Shown here: positions 8,351-9,481 of the stretch, piece by piece
Numbering within the stretch: position 1 is the first letter of the stretch
Layout: each line of letters opens with the position of its first letter
NCBI RefSeq assembly: GCF_006345805.1
Contig: NW_021827892.1
Location: 1-9,481, forward strand
DNA length: 9,481 nucleotides
Source: Octopus sinensis
Taxonomy: Eukaryota
Reading direction: 5' to 3'
Notes under the pieces: generated by a model
Seen by the model: the letters and a program-made list of their open reading frames with translations, nothing else
The model's database searches: none
Told to the model about the DNA's origin: nothing
Made by a program: the position numbers and the translations under genes

Positions 8351-8793
8351 CGACAGACACCCATCCCAACTCCCCATGCCTGCGAAGACATGTTGGGGCA
8401 AGCGAAATCGAAACCGAATTGAACCAGCCAGGATCCCTGGCCTGGTGGTACGTAAAAAGCACTATCCGACTCGGGGCCGTGGCACGTAAAATACTCCAAT
8501 GCGACCGTACGACAGGCACCCATGCCAACCCCTTTGCTTGTGAAGACATGTGGGGCAAGCGAAATCGAAATCGAATTGAACCAGCCAGGATCCCTGGTCT
8601 GGTGGTACGTAAAAAGCACTATCCGACTTGTGGCCGTGGCACGTAAAATACTCCAATGCGACCGTACGACAGGCACCCTTGCCAACCCCCTGCTTGTGAA
8701 GACATGTTGGGGCAAGCGAAATCGAAATCGAATTGAACCAGCCAGGATCCCTGGTCTGGTGGTACGTAAAAAGCACTATCCGACTCGTGGCCG
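8351..8793 (+). repeat. ~157-bp tandem repeat (~2.8 units) in the LINE 3' UTR
   Basis: CGACAG at 8351, 8510 and 8667; GAAGACATG at 8384, 8542 and 8698 (periods 156-159). Confidence 0.95.
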
Positions 8794-9079
8794 ATGCCAG
8801 CACCGCCTCGACTGGCTTCCGTGCCGGTGGCACATAAAATACACCAATCTGACCGTGGCCGTTGCCAGCCCCGCCTGGCACCTGTGCAGGTGGCACGTAA
8901 AAAGCACCCACTACACTCACGGAGTGGTTGGCGTTAGGAAGGGCATCCAGCTGTAGAAACATTGCCAAATTAGACTGGAGCCTGGTGCAGCCTTCTGGCT
9001 TCCCAGAACCCCGGTCGAACCGTCCAACCCATGCTAGCATGGAGAACGGACGTTAAACGACGATGATGATGATGATGAT

Positions 9080-9192
9080 ATACATATATACAGAGAGAGA
9101 GAGAGAGAGAGGGAGAGCATTTGTATGTGCATATATATATATATATATAGAGAGAGAGCATTTGTATGTGCATATATATATATATATATATG
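9080..9192. repeat. Compound satellite GCATTTGTATGTGC(AT)n(AG)m, right block
   Basis: The 14-mer occurs at 9117 and 9158. Confidence 0.93.
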
Positions 9193-9481
9193 TAGGTCCC
9201 GGGTTGATTCGGGGTTAACCACAGTAAATAAGGTACTCAATACATAGCAGAGTAAAATTATATATATTGGTAAAAACGGTAAGATAACAAAAGAAAGAAA
9301 GAGACCTCAATATTATGTAAATAGAGGAAATTCTCTATAAAATATGTTACAATTACTCAATAGAATATTCTATGTAATATGCTTCCATATTAAATTTTTC
9401 TGTGTGTAAGAGTCCTCAACCGATGTTAGGCGATAAACCAAAAATGCCGTATTAGCTCTTAGTGAATATATATATAAATGC

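Larger units (their letters stand above)
6979..9079 (+). mobile_element. 5'-truncated RTE-clade LINE retrotransposon
   Basis: RT motifs FVDMEKAFDRV, GVHQGSVLSPLLF, YADD (7315-7326), GLRVNLAKTK and FRYLG; RTE-type C-terminus RRLRWYGHVARM...RGRGRPRKTW; ~810-bp 3' UTR; (GAT)6 tail at 9062-9079. Confidence 0.95.

Noticed and set aside
8510-8575. HDV-like ribozyme in the 157-bp unit (P4-like GCTTG/CAAGC followed by GAA)
   Set aside because: No upstream P1 partner for AACCCCT, no GG for P1.1, and an atypical L3; not supportable without a covariance search.
8351-8910. CRISPR-like repeat-spacer array
   Set aside because: The intervening segments are themselves repeated, the context is a eukaryotic LINE UTR, and no cas genes are present.
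8186-9040. ORFs of 71-192 aa on both strands in the LINE 3' UTR
   Set aside because: Their repetitiveness comes from the DNA tandem units; the 156-159 bp periods shift frame between units, arguing against coding selection.
9193-9481. Possible additional repeat family after the satellite
   Set aside because: It looks familiar, but there is no internal evidence (termini, second copy or ORF) within this window.

Overview
Eukaryotic, AT-rich DNA dominated by microsatellites and transposable elements, with no intact gene. The repeat content resembles what I recall of octopus/cephalopod genomes; this is inference, not a search result. Main features: a 5'-truncated RTE-clade LINE (~6979-9079, +) with two frameshifts, a complete PHD-type C4HC3 finger inserted inside its RT domain, and a 3' UTR expanded by ~157-bp tandem units; two non-autonomous Helitron-like elements, one with eroded 23-aa STPR-like repeats and one with an unexpected 8-9 bp flanking direct repeat; a duplicated Helitron 3' end plus flank; several tRNA-derived SINEs, one with a perfect 12-bp TSD; a decayed CR1/L2/Jockey-group RT fragment at 1-272 that the ORF track misses; and a possible host terminal exon ending in HLEL*. 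Most listed ORFs are microsatellite or antisense artefacts. I see no convincing new multi-gene system; the most unusual items are the PHD-in-RT architecture and the structured 3' UTR array.
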